Shown here: positions 25,800-38,385 of the stretch, in pieces | Layout: the number at the start of each line of letters is the position of its first letter | Numbering within the stretch: position 1 is the stretch's first letter | NCBI GenBank assembly: GCA_026770705.1 | Contig: JANJGN010000041.1 | Location: 1,798,001 to 1,862,000 of the forward strand | Length of the DNA stretch: 64,000 nucleotides | Reading direction: 5' to 3' | Source: Isurus oxyrinchus | Taxonomy: Eukaryota | Translations under genes and position numbers: made by a program | Notes under the pieces: generated by a model | Databases searched by the model: none | What the model was told of the DNA's origin: nothing | The model's input: only the letters and a program-made list of their open reading frames with translations

Positions 25800-26560
25800 G
25801 ACACTCTCTCCTGCATTCTTCAGTGAATCAGGCTTGATCCTTTGCTTTGAACGTTATGGTGGTGTCAGGAATATGTCAGGCAATGACCTTGCAGGTTGTA
25901 TTTGAATTTAATTTCGCTGCTGTTGATGGCTCTTGACGCCTTGTGGATGTTGAGATTTGAGCTGTGTGATCTGGTCTGAATCTATCCCGTTGAATCCAGT
26001 GATTTTCAGAGAATACATTGGAGAGTGTCCTCAGTGCGAAGACCATCATCACAAGGCCTGTGTGGTGTGTCATTCCCATCAACACTGTCAGGGACAGATG
26101 CAACTGTAGCAAGTAGATTGCTGAGGATGATATCATGTAGAAATAAGGCTCTCGTTGGTTCACCTGCCGCAGGCTTATTCTGCCATTCAGCGCTCGGACA
26201 CCTAGGTCTGTAACGGTGACCCTGAGCCACTCTTGGTAATGGACATGCAGAGAACATTATGTGCATTTAATATGCTCATTGCTTTTTCCATGTTGTGTTT
26301 AACATGGAGGAGTATACATTGAACAGATTCGGGAAAATGGTATGTGGGAGTCAGCAGGATGTTCCATTTCTAATGTTTGCCCACCTGCCTTGCGACATCA
26401 GAGAGACTGGAGTCTGTGTTGAGCACTCCTGTCACAAGCCTAAAGTTATGCATTTCTCTGTGTCAACACGTCAGGAAGAACTTTTCATTCAGTGGGTCAT
26501 AACTTACCCAGGGATATGGGCGATGAATCTGTGACATTGCCTTTTAAGTTATGATTATTC
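25800..26560 (-). mobile_element. Family B LINE endonuclease-domain fragment (inverted paralog of 16470-17320)
   Basis: Its reverse complement aligns with 16830-17260, including shared ggtcaccgttacagacc and gcaggtgaacca. Confidence 0.8.
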
Positions 26561-27039
26561 CAGTGTGATTATGTTGGAGCAGCCGGGTGTCAATGTGGCT
26601 CTGCCATTACCTGACCTCCCTTCACTCCATGCCGATATTGTGACGCACCGATCCGAGTGCGAATTGAGACATGGACAAGAGGCAGTCATCGATGCAGCCA
26701 GTTTCATTCACATGCTGCGGAAAGCAGTGGGCCGGGGTCATTAGATCCTCAGAATCTATCAGAGCAGGATTTATGGAATTACAGTTAGCTCCAGTCGGAG
26801 CCATGGACATCTCGCATATAGGGACATGTTATGTTTAGGCAAGTAATTTCTTATGCAGCAAGTGAGCCAAAAATATGAAGTATGCCCAGAACCACCTCTT
26901 TTATCTGTAACATCGGACAAATCTGCAGGTGCCTCCCAAATCATCACACTCTCTCCATTGTCCTTGGAAACAGAAAGGGATAATTCAGTGCTACAAAATT
27001 TCAAAGCTCTGCCGCATCTGGCTGCCATGCAACCAAATT

Positions 27040-27420
27040 CACTGGAGACCAGAATTGTGCACAGTTCTCCAGCTGTTGTCTAACCGATGGATATGGAGAC
27101 CAGAACTGTGCGTGCTGCTCCAATGTGGTCCAACCGAGTAACATGGAGGCCTGAACTGTGCACAGTTCTCTAAGTGTGGTGGATCCGAGATATATTGAGG
27201 CCAGAGCTGTGCACAGTGTTCCAGGCGTGGTATAACCGATTGATATGGCGGATGGAATTGTGCACAGTGCTACATGTGCCGTCAAACAGAGCGGTATGGA
27301 GAGCAGACCTGTGCACATGGATCCAGTTGTTTTCGAACGGAGGGGCATGGAGGTTTGAACTGTGCATAGTGTTCCAGGTGTGTTGAAACCGATGGTTGTG
27401 GAGATGGGACTGTGCACAAG
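27040..27420 (-). repeat. 51-bp CR1-derived minisatellite array (~7-8 units), reverse orientation
   Basis: The minus strand reads LEQHAQFWSPYPSVRQQLENCAQFWSP. Confidence 0.9.
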
Positions 27421-28619
27421 GGAAATGCTGCACCTTCTGCATAAAGGGAGAGTGGCAATGGAGGGTTTTGAAACACGGGCCAACAGGCTGGTAGGTAACC
27501 TCCTGCCCTGCAGGGCAGTATTGTCCTAGGGGAGTGAATGGTGATGAAGATGTCTCCCCAGATCTGCCGAGGAGAGACACACTGCAGCAGAGCCATAAAA
27601 CCCTGACCAAAGTTTATAGGTATTGCAGCATCTCACTGAGGGTCATCACGTAGATGGGAGGAACAAGGCAACTAGGATAGTTGCTTGGGTTATTATCGAC
27701 AATTATGAGTAATTTTCTTCTAAAGACGATTTATGGAAGGGTGGAAAATGGATATGGACAGCTTTCTCTTTAGGAAACTTTTTAAGGTTTGTGGAAGAAA
27801 GAGGGGCAGATGAAGTTAAGACACCAATTTGAAACCTCTTTCATTGTATCAAGTGACTTTACAAAAATGAATTGCAATCAGCAGAAGTGACTTTGAGGGT
27901 CGTACAGAAATTGCCCATATATTGTACATTTAAATCTCGGGAATTATATGGCCGGGTGACAGACATTGACAATGCCTTGACATGAAGCGATTAATGTCCA
28001 TAATGAATAGGAAATTCTTTAAATACTGGGATTGTAGTAGTGTCTATGTTTATGTTAGTGTCTGTGTATCTTAACTGGATGAAAACCAGCAAGGCTGGTT
28101 GATTGATATGTAGTAATTTTCGATTTTAGTTAGATAAAGAGAAGCAGTAAAAGGAATGCATATTTGTTGAACAAACCATTCAAAATATTGGGTAAAATAT
28201 TACTCCTAGCTACACGACACCATAGCAATGTCTTTATATTGCTATTAAAATTGGTGGAATGAAAGGATTATTGTTAGCAGAGGTAAAATTAAAAAAATAG
28301 TAAAGCTAATGAAAAATTGCATTCAAAGGGAAGGCTAGATTTAAGCAGAAACTTGTTTGTACATACGAGTCATTGACAGCTATGATCAAACCATGCTGTC
28401 AGCCTGGATTTGTTTCTGCAGAAGAAACAAATTGGTGTTAATTTATTAAATGTTTACTTTAGTTTTACATTAAAAACTTCGTGAAGATTGATGGTTTTAT
28501 TTCTGAATTCAGAGTTGCATCTCAAGCATACCAGTATAGGCTATTACAGTTGTTCAATTTTCCCTTTTGATTTTAGGCAAATAAGCCTTAATCAATTGCT
28601 GTGTCGTAACAGCCTATTG

Positions 28620-30740
28620 TAGTAAAACAACCTGTTGAGACAGAATCAGCAGAGAACGTACAGAAAGAGAACCCTAGTGTTTCCAGACTGTGTGGTGACT
28701 AAACCACAGTTGTGCACATTTACACAGGAAGTGGAATAATCTAACGGACAGGCGGACAATGCTGAAATTCATTTGGTTGGATAAATCCTTGAAAATATTG
28801 CTCAGGATGAGTGTGCTGAAGAGGATGAGACTGAAGTATTCAGTTCATTAGTGGAGCTAAATATGCAATGCCCACTCGTAACGCAATTAAACGTCACCGG
28901 TTACTCTGAAGTAGAAGCAGAATGCATTACAGAGTTTATTTACATTCAGAACAATGTGTTAATGAAGAAGTAGAGGCAGCGTCTTGTTCATGTAGATGGA
29001 AAGTGGACAGTAGTGCACGAAGTAGTGATACCATCTGCGTAATGGAATTAAAATTTGAGAGCACCTCATGAAATTCCAATCACTGTACATGTGGGAAGTA
29101 GGAAAACCCAAGATAATTACAATGGAGCAAATAGTCTATTGGACTTGACTACATGAAGATGTACACAAATTCTGTCAAACATGTCGCATATGTCAGTTGA
29201 AAGGAAAAGCTATAGCATTTGTTAAACCGCCACATTTAATTATAATGCCAGCGTTTGAGGAATCATTTAAACAGTGTCCTGATTGATTGTGTAGGACACC
29301 TCCCTCAGACTAAAAGTGGGAATCAGTACTTACTGACAGTCATATATGTGTCCATGAGATTTCCAGAAGCTTGCCGTTAAGGAAAAATGCAGCAAAGTGG
29401 AGTAAATCATTTTTCATTACAAGATATGGATTAAGAAAAGAAAGACAGTCGGATCAAGGTTCGAATTTCATATCACAGCTGTGTAGATAAGTTACGTACA
29501 GCCTAGGAATATAACAATTTATGAAGTCAGCGGATCTCCCTGAATTACAGTGTGCCTTAGAAAGGTGGTAACACTGCATGAAGGCGAAAATTATCGCATG
29601 TGTTCAAGGCTATCCACATGGTAATTTTCGAGGGATTTTATTCTTTTTGGTTTCCTTTACGGACATCCTTAATGTGTCAAAAGCATTCAGTCCTTTTAAG
29701 TTAATTTATGGTCATGCAATGAGGGGAAAGTGCAATGTGATTGAGGCGAACTTCGTGGGGCAAAGTTCAGATACTACTTTTTTGGGACATGTGGCGAATT
29801 TCAGAGAAAGAATGAGGAACGCATCTGAGCTAAGCAAGAAAATGTTAGTTATACCTCAGCAAGAGACAAAGGCAAATGCAGCTCAAAGGACAAAGGCTCG
29901 TAGTTTTTTTTTTAGGTGTCGGCAAAGTGTTAGTTTTGTTCCGAGTGTCAGGTGAACATTTCAAGGCAATGTTTAGCGGGCCTTACCAAGTTGAAAAGGG
30001 GCTGAGTGTAGTAATCTATGTAATAAAGTACCCCAGGTAGAAGGAAGAGCCGGCCGGTGTATCATTAAAATTGGCTTAAATATATTTTTAACACACAGAA
30101 TAAACAGGAAGAGGTACAGCTAGTTGTAAGTAAGGGAACAGAGGTAAAGGCTAAGGATTCTGAAACTTACCTACCTCTGATGTAAACGCAAAATCAGGAA
30201 GTACTGAGGAACATAAATTTGTGCTTTGGTTACTTTCCAGAAAAGCGTCAAAAGTGATTGAAAAAAACTATTGCAGTCATATAAAGCAATTATTGGAAAT
30301 CAATTGGGGAATGCATATTCGGCTGTACATGATATTGAGCTGGGGAACTGAGCTTCACAAAGGCAACACGATGAGAGATGAAATCCAGTAAAATCACCAA
30401 TAGTGCAGGAGGAAATTCAATTTCTGCTTCAACACGACAGGATTGTGCCTAGTCACACTAATTGGAGTTCAGCCATTGTAATGGTGCGGAAAACAAATTG
30501 GTTACAAGCACTATGTATTCATTACTGAAAAAAATGAACGCTACAACAAAGGCAGATTCATATCACAGGCGATGATCAGACGAGCATAGCAAGATAACCG
30601 CACAGTCAACACCTACCAAAAATCTGACTTGCTGCGAGGATACCCTTATTTGAAAGGGCATTAGTTTTTCTGATGCTGGATGGTCTACATCAATGCCATT
30701 ATGGAATGCACTTTGGCATGAAAAATAAATGCACCAGCAG
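28620..30740 (+). mobile_element. Gypsy LTR-retrotransposon pol relic with integrase upstream of RT (Gmr1-like order)
   Basis: Integrase: DCVGHLPQTKSGNQYLLTVIYVSMRFPEA (~29285), SDQGSNF (~29450), FSPFKLIYGH, GPYQV (~29980). RT follows: EIQFLLQH..PSHTNWSSAIVMVRK (~30410), NATTKADSY, DLLRGY, FGMKN. Confidence 0.8.
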
Positions 30741-31489
30741 TGCTTCCTTGGAAGGATAATGGAAGATGATGCAGTTGTTGAAAGGATTGAATTTGAAATT
30801 TAAAAAAAATAACAGAGCTATGGAGAATGAGTAGATATAGAGTGGGCAGAATTCGGTTGCTCTGGAAAAGCACCAAGGGAGGCTCAATGGCCAAAATGGC
30901 CTTATTTTGTGCAAAATGATTCTTACTTCTAACACAGAGACATGTTTTTTTAAACATTCTCCAGTTCAATCATTAAACAGACCTACCTCTTAACTACCAC
31001 AAATCTGCCTTGGGATAGTTAGTGCATCGTCATCACTCTTAAAGTGCAGCCAATCCCCATTGTGCCCGTGTTATTATTAACTAGTGAACATTCGCTCAAT
31101 TCCTATAAGGAACATTGGTGCTCCGGTTATCTCCTTGTGACTCTCAGGAGCTCAGGAGATGATGTCAAAAGCTCTGTTCGTGGTACTTGGATTCCTTTTG
31201 CTGGGACAGACTCCCTTCCATCTCGCTGCAAGAGATTGTACAATTGGGAGGTGCGCAAGTCTCTCAATAGTGATTCTTGAGCAATATTGATTGGAACAGG
31301 AGTCCATTCAACCACTCAATCCTGTGATGCCACTGAATTGGGCAGATATTTTCTTTACTCCATCAACCAAGCACTGATAAAATGATTTCCAAATGCAAAT
31401 TTACCAATTTTAGTGTTGTGCATTTTCACACAATTGGCTTAAATTGTTTTTTTTTTTAATTTACATTAACAGCAGCGAGCCTCAGCATT

Positions 31490-31800
31490 GAAACAAATCT
31501 CCTTTTACCCTCCTAACTCTGAATTGCATTCGGCCCCTCGGTAATGTATTCCATGAACGCAATACCACGTGGACTAATCCTTCCCTTTTCCATCTTTTCT
31601 GATTGTTGTCTCCATCTCCATCCCTGTCATGTCCTGCAGCCTCACAACCCTCAGGGGATATCTGCGCCCCACTGACACTGTCAGATTGTGCATCCAATAT
31701 TGGAGGCTGTGTCTTCAGATGCCCCTGAAATCCCTCCCTCTGTTCATGAGGCTTGGTATAAGTTGCTTTTCATCATGTTCGTGTTAAGTTCACTAATTGT
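31490..31800 (+). mobile_element. L2-type LINE 3' fragment
   Basis: ccctgtcatgtcctgcagcctcacaaccctc..atatctgcgc and attggaggctgtgtcttcag motifs. Confidence 0.5.
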
Positions 31801-32246
31801 TTTTATATTAAATTGAAGGTGCAACGGAAGTTGCTTTCATTCTGGCTGTGCAAAGCTCAAACCACCATGTTCATTTGTGAGATGATCTTTTGATTAAATG
31901 CACAGATAAAGTGGCTCTGATAGACCACACTTGGGGAACAGTTAAAGGCATCCGGAATGCAACGTTTCTACAATGCTTTCGATGTTGACCAGGTCAGCTT
32001 TGGTTAAAGTGATATTTGCAGCACTTTGTCAATTTTTATAATATTTGCTTGCAACACGGATCTTACTTGTTTCGCCAGTGACCATCCTGTCTGACTGTAT
32101 TGAACAAGGTGCTATGATCTGTAATTAATGAATCATCCCAGTATAGAATCCAGCCGCTCACTGCCCGTGTGTGTGGACAATATACAAACCGTCCACTCCT
32201 TACTCTTCTAACTTCACTCGTAAAATCTATTAACACATCGGGCTGA

Positions 32247-33600
32247 TGTTGTGCTAACTTTGACCAACGGATGACAGGAGGCTCAGATACAGGTCACGAT
32301 TGTTTATTAAAGCAATTGCAAAGAGAGAACCATCTCAAGGCATCATGAGATAGAACACGGACAAACTGCAAGCATGTTTTATATACCACTGATCCCATAA
32401 AATAACATTACTGAAATCCCCTTCTTGGTGGAATTTATATTATATCATAGATGTTCTTTCACGCCGGCAGAAATGTCAGCTCCGATCCTGGCTGGACTAA
32501 CTGTCCTTCCCTAATCGCTTGAAAAGAGCACTTAATCTATGTTGTTGTCATCCTCTGTCTCCAATCAGGCTCTCAAGGCCTTTCTGTTGTTTGCAGGCTC
32601 TAAGGTTGTGCAAGGTTCAACTGGTAACTTTGTCTGTTAATGTGCTTGATAGGTCTGGCTGCATGGAGATTTTAAATCATTCATTCAGTTTCAATACATT
32701 CTTGTTGATTTTCCCGAACAAACCCCACTTTTGGATCTTCGCCTAGCCCAGATTATCCACATTCAGTTGTACTGTCCGTCTCTTTATGTACCGCCACCCA
32801 TTGATACTGGCCTGTTACCTCGCTTTGAACCTAAAACAGCACTGGTCAGCTCAGCTGTAGAATCTGGCCCGTCACATGAGGCGCTAATTTTCCTTTGGTC
32901 TTTTATGATTTTAGTATCCCTTTGTTCATCTCTAAAATCTGCCCCATCTTCCAGCTTGTCAGAGACCCTTGCAATTTGGTATGCCTTAGTTTTGGAATTT
33001 CTGTCACCTTTAACTTCCTAGCTTATCCATGGATGATGGTTTCCCCCTCATACCATCTTTCTTCCTCATTGGAATGATAATTCACTTTATTTTTGCGATT
33101 GTCACGAGGCACTTTTGATAATTGTATTTAAACACATTTATGTGACTGAAAGTGTTGTCCAGGTTGATTAGCAGTTTACAAATTTGATGCAGCGAAGATC
33201 TTAGGGTTTTATGTCAGGTCGACGGAAAATTTACCCTTGGCTCTAGGTCTGGTGAGTCAGTTTTGATTTATTTATCTCATTTTGTTTCTCTTCCCGGTAA
33301 GTTAGTGATGTTTTTGTTCCTGTCGCAAGGAAAGTGTTATCCTTCAAATGTTATTATTTGCTAGCCGAAGCGCATGGCTTCGTTCGAGTTCCTGGAAGTC
33401 ATATCCGATCCGATGTTATGGGGGATTTGATGGGCGAAATTCCCAGTTTTATTGGTGTGCAATACTCGCATCTCGCATGTGGAAGGTCAATGTGTTTCTA
33501 TGTTTCTTTTTCATTCACAATCACACCTTTCTGCTTCACTGTTGCCTTAATCAATGATACGACAGTGGATATTTTTTGCATGAACCATTTGTATTTCAGC
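32247..33600 (-). mobile_element. Possible LTR retroelement remnant (short 3' LTR plus integrase-like relic)
   Basis: Minus strand 32407->32247 reads TGTTA..TATATAAAA..AATAAA..CAACA, preceded by purine tract agaagggga. A weak TPIKLGISP integrase-like motif lies near 33435-33460. Confidence 0.35.
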
Positions 33601-33649
33601 CCTTCAATTTCACATCTTTCTATCTATCCATCCATTTATCCATGTAACT

Positions 33650-33953
33650 AAAACAAAACTTAAAATACCTGGAAAGCACTCAGCAGGTCTGGGAGTATCT
33701 GTGTAGAGGAACACAGTTAACGATTCGAGTCCTTATGATAGTGATCAGTAGACTTCTATCCAGCTCTACATGTCCCACCCCCTCCCTTAAACCAGCTTAT
33801 ATTTCACCTCTTTTCTATTTTTCCTTATTTCTGTGGCAGAGTCATACAACTCGAAAGATTAACTGGTTTTTTCTCCACAGATGCTGTACGGCCTGCTGAG
33901 TTTTTCCAGGTAATGTTGTTTTGGATTTCTGGCATCCGCAGTGCTTTGCTTTT
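33650..33953. mobile_element. Miniature Penelope-like remnant: inverted 3'-end copy fused to a direct 3'-end copy
   Basis: aatacctggaaagcactcagcaggtc (33664) is the reverse of gcctgctgagtttttccaggtaat (33891). Same family as 5458-6205. Confidence 0.75.
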
Positions 33954-34350
33954 ATCTATCTATNNNNNNNNNNNNNNNNNNNNNNNNNNNNNNNNNNNNN
34001 NNNNNNNNNNNNNNNNNNNNNNNNNNNNNNNNNNNNNNNNNNNNNNNNNNNNNNNNNNNNNNNNNNNNNNNNNNNNNNNNNNNNNNNNNNNNNNNNNNNN
34101 NNNNNNNNNNNNNNNNNNNNNNNNNNNNNNNNNNNNNNNNNNTTTATCTAACTNNNNNNNNNNNNNNNNNNNNNNNNNNNNNNNNNNNNNNNNNNNNNNN
34201 NNNNNNNNNNNNNNNNNNNNNNNNNNNNNNNNNNNNNNNNNNNNNNNNNNNNNNNNNNNNNNNNNNNNNNNNNNNNNNNNNNNNNNNNNNNNNNNNNNNN
34301 NNNNNNNNTATCTATCCACCTATTTATTTACCTATCTATCTATATATCTG

Positions 34351-34411
<61 letters not shown>
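33953..34411. repeat. (TATC)n microsatellite containing two assembly gaps (33964-34142, 34154-34309)
   Basis: Direct read. Confidence 0.95.
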
Positions 34412-34412
<1 letters not shown>

Positions 34413-34447
34413 ATTCCATCTCGCTCTCTCATTCTCTTGTTCCTTCG

Positions 34448-34507
34448 TTCGCATGCTCCATTTGTCATTCGCATGCTCCATTTGTCATTCTCATGCTCCA
34501 TTTGTCA
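34448..34507. repeat. 20-bp tandem repeat x3 (ttcgcatgctccatttgtca)
   Basis: Direct read. Confidence 0.9.
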
Positions 34508-35339
34508 CACGCACTGTCTAGCTCTCTCTCTCGCGTACAACTCTCTCTTCAATCTATCCTTTTGAATGTGTGTCAATCTGTGCATCTATGTGTCTGTCTA
34601 ACCGTCCGTACGTCTGTCTGTCTAATCATCTTGATGATTAATTCTCTCGGCCCTTCGACATGTGCGTGCACTGCAAAAAAAAAAATGTCAGTGTGATATC
34701 ACGTGTGAGATTAGATCAAGTCCATCCTTCTACAATCGATAGCCAAATTCAGCATAAAATGTCTGTTCAGGTGGAATAAATTATCTTTGCCCATGATTCC
34801 TTGTCCTGAAGGCGCTTCTCTCTGTTCTCCACAAATACTGAAATCATTGGTAGATTCTTCCATTTGGTTCTGCTGAATGTTTGTTATTTTGTTCATAATC
34901 GTGTTTTCAAATGTATCGTTTCATATGGCGGGGATATGGTTAGATGGGCCACAAGTTATTGCACGATCCAAATTGCCATTGAAAATATGGAGGTGCCCTA
35001 CCTTCCTGAAATTGTATATTTCTGATTGACGTCAGTAGCATTCCCTCACTACCAAGAATGAAGTCCTTCCGGCTCAGTGTGATTTCAGATGAAGCAGGAG
35101 TCCAATGGTGGACCTACATGTTCATCCGCCATGGGAGAAGTTTTCAGAACTCACGAGTGGAAATCAAAGGCCCAGGTTGCTTCACTTTTATTTGCGGTGC
35201 CTCGGCCTTTCCACCACTCTTTTGATTCGCTGAGTCTCGAAGCAGTTTTCGATTTGATGGACCGCATTGTGCCAGGCCGAAAGTCCGGGAGCATTCTCCT
35301 CCCGCTCCTTGGAGATAAGGACCCCGTGCTTTAGGGACA

Positions 35340-36600
35340 CCTGGAGAGTAGCCTTGAGCCTTTCTCTTTGGCCACCCTTAGGATGAGAAATGCTTAGTGG
35401 CAGAGGTAGGTATGGTAAGGCAGCCCTTTACTGAAACATGTACCCGATGACCACCATATATCTGCTGCATTTTTGCACGACTTTGACTGGGGCCCAACAC
35501 AGCTTTGCCCCGGTCCTCAATCCTCCATCCCCACAGGGCCTTTCGCCTGAAGCAGGCCTGTCAACACCATATTTTAGTAGCAGCATTCCGGTGACTAGGG
35601 TTTATGCTTCATATGGTGCATGCACAACACGTTGCTTTTAAAATGGTGGCCTCAGGACCCCATTTACTGGGATCCAGCTTGCAATCTCTGAGTTTGGCTT
35701 TGAGATTTCTGATATTCGGTGGCGGTGCTTCCCTTGCTGACTGAGTGTGGGTTTTGGTACGTAGGCATTATCTAGATAAACCACAAGACCTACCCAGGGG
35801 ACCGGGGCTCGATTGAACATATTTACAATGTCAGGAATGCTGCCCTTTACAAGATTTTCGGTTTTCCGAATTTGTCTTGCCAACAGCCTTTGGAAATGGT
35901 TCACGGGCAGTGAAGTTGGAAAGTTTTCATTAGCTTTCTATGAGGTCGAATGGTTATGCAAGTCTCGCACTGATATGGAAGTGATATAAACAACAAGGCC
36001 TGGCAGGCCTTGATCTTCCATTCGAGGGAAAACCCATGTTTTCTTTGCCGAAATCAGTGAGTGAAGCCTGCCAACCACCGAGCTTGTTTTTGCCACTTGC
36101 TGGTAATTTGCCCATCCAGGTTGTGACCTTGGAGTGCATGCTGACAAGTTAGCAAACCTTCCATACTGAAAAGAGGAGTGCATTGTTCAAAGTGGCTGTG
36201 GTGTCTTGGAGCACGATACCAGCAGCGGTTTGATACAGCATTTGTATCCTCAAATATATTGTTAATCTTAAACAATTTAATTTTGCAGCAAGGCGCTCAG
36301 CATGCACCTGAATGTCTCCGGATCCTGAGTTATGAGTGTACATTGGTCCACAAGTAAGACTTCCCTCTGTAGCTTTCCAATAACCTCTGTGCAAGAGTTT
36401 AATTTTGGCCTTTGAAAAGGCTGCCTATGGCCCTGAAATGCTTGTGTAATCCTGTTTCAAGCTGCTTGAGTGCATGCTTGGAAAATGACCAACACAAGTA
36501 AAAAAGAAATAGTTTCACACAGACAAACCATTTTGCATCTCTCTGATCATGACGCCATCACCAAAGTGTGAATGACACTGATCATCTGTTCAGGGCTGTC
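35340..36600 (-). mobile_element. RTE-clade LINE 3' ORF fragment, decayed
   Basis: Minus-strand remnants resembling IFED..VYxA..LLY..E.W and GKR...RISEISKPN (RFKDTLK-like). Confidence 0.45.
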
Positions 36601-38315
36601 GCATATTTATGGATGAGTTGGATAGTTTATTGACCAATAAGGGAGACTAGGGACATGAGGATATAATTGTGTGTTGTGGGAGAGATGGCGGAGGGGGCCG
36701 GTGTACGGCGCTGGTTGGGGTAACAGAGGCAGAATAGCGGTGCTGAGGCTCTGATCAGATAAGCCATGAGCCTTCCGATTTGCAGAACAGGCTCAAGGGG
36801 CCGAATGGCCTACTGAACTTAACTATTCTGTTTTTGGTGCTTGTTTGAAATGCAACCCACACCAAAGTCGGAGGGGCCATCGAACGGATTCATCATACAG
36901 TGCATCCATCTCCTAATGATTGTCTGCAGAAGGGATTTGAGGGCCAAGAGTTAAATGTTAAGCATGGAACACCCTCACAGCGATGTACTCCATATATCCC
37001 ATTATTTTATTCAAAAACAAGTTTTTCATTCAGTTAAAGCATCTCTCTGGATGGAGTATGTGAATGGGTGAGCAGGAGGATTGCATGGCGTGGGGAATCG
37101 TTACTGAGGGTGTATGGGGTTGGATTGTCTTGAACGCATTATCTTGAAATATTTCAGTTGAGAAAACAAAAGCCTTCTCCATACACTTTCTATTACACAT
37201 CAGGTCACGAGCAACTCCAACCTTCTGGGTCCTCCATTTGCATTTATAATTTCCAGGCAGAATGGTGCAAATGTAGGTGCAACAACACAGAATGTCACTG
37301 ACGGAAATGTAATTTCCAGAGGAATCCACGGAATTATCTGGGCAGCTTATTAGTCCCCTCTGGAAGATTAAATGACAAAGTCATACATCAGACATGTGCT
37401 CTGTTGGAACATAGAATGTGTCCCGAAACACATTCTATGTTGGCCATTTCACTTCGAAATGGTGTCTTTCAGAAGGAGAATGACTGACGTAAACTGTTTG
37501 TTCAATGACTGAAACTAATTGATTTCTTTTGGGGACATGAATGCGCTCATGGGGATTTATCTGCTGCCTATATAACAGTTTCTCTGAATGTCACATTTCA
37601 TGTTTTCCAAAAGGCTCGGTGTGTCTGTTTCTACAGGAGTTAGCGCTTCTTCCCAAGGATATAATTTGCTCTACTTCATCAGGTATGGGCCATTTACAAA
37701 CCCATTCTTGAAGTTCTCATTTTCCAATGAACGTTTATTAACATGCTCTCGGACTAACAATGTAAATTTCTGTCCTTCTTTAGTTTCATGGATGAGGGTA
37801 ACGCTTGCAAGGCCTGTATTGCCCATCTCTAATTCTACTTGTGAAGTGGGTGTTGAGCTGCTGCGATCTTTGTGGTGTAGTTACATCCACGTTCTTATTC
37901 GGGGGGGATCCATTAACTTGACATGGAGACAGTAAAGGAATGGCAATAGTTTTCCAAACCAGGGCATTGATGGCTTGGAGAGGGACGATCAGCGAGCGGC
38001 GTTCCCATGTTCATGTTCCCTTTGCCTTTCTAGATCATTGCAGCTGTGTGTATGATTAGTTAACTAAAGGGCTTCATGTTCGCCAAATGTAACAGCTTTT
38101 CTCTGTTCACTGCTACGATTGCTGTCGTGCCTGTTTTAACCTGTTACTCCAGATTAATTAACGTGGCATCTCCTCCCGAATCTCCTGTGATTTTAATGTG
38201 ATTCTCTTATTTTCCTGAACTGAATTTAAAGAAGAAGAGGGTTTCTACGTTTCAGTTCAGACATTCATTCCATATTCTGCATCGATCTCTGCAGGAAAGA
38301 CATCTCCTCATAAAG

Positions 38316-38385
38316 ATGGGAGAACTGATACTGCACCAGATAGAAGCCATTTACTATCCTATTCTCGCGGCCATTGGTGTTCCTG
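38316..38385 (+). CDS. Exon 1 of a GPR139/GPR142-like orphan GPCR (MGELILHQIEAIYYPILAAIGVP)
   Basis: AAGATGG Kozak context, 23 codons plus G, then a GTAAG donor at 38386. It supplies the N-terminal half of TM1, and phase 1 matches the exon 2 acceptor. Confidence 0.9.

Noticed and set aside
28033-28611. Possible solo LTR (TG...gtcgtaaCA) next to the Gypsy relic
   Set aside because: No matching TSD, no convincing inverted termini and no second LTR found.
33913-34696. Long ORFs across N runs and (TATC)n
   Set aside because: Artefacts of gaps and simple repeats; the same applies to the ORFs at 8569-9059 and 18250-18489.
38221-38232. TATA-like atttaaa about 90 nt upstream of the GPCR ATG
   Set aside because: Too weak in AT-rich DNA without transcription start data.
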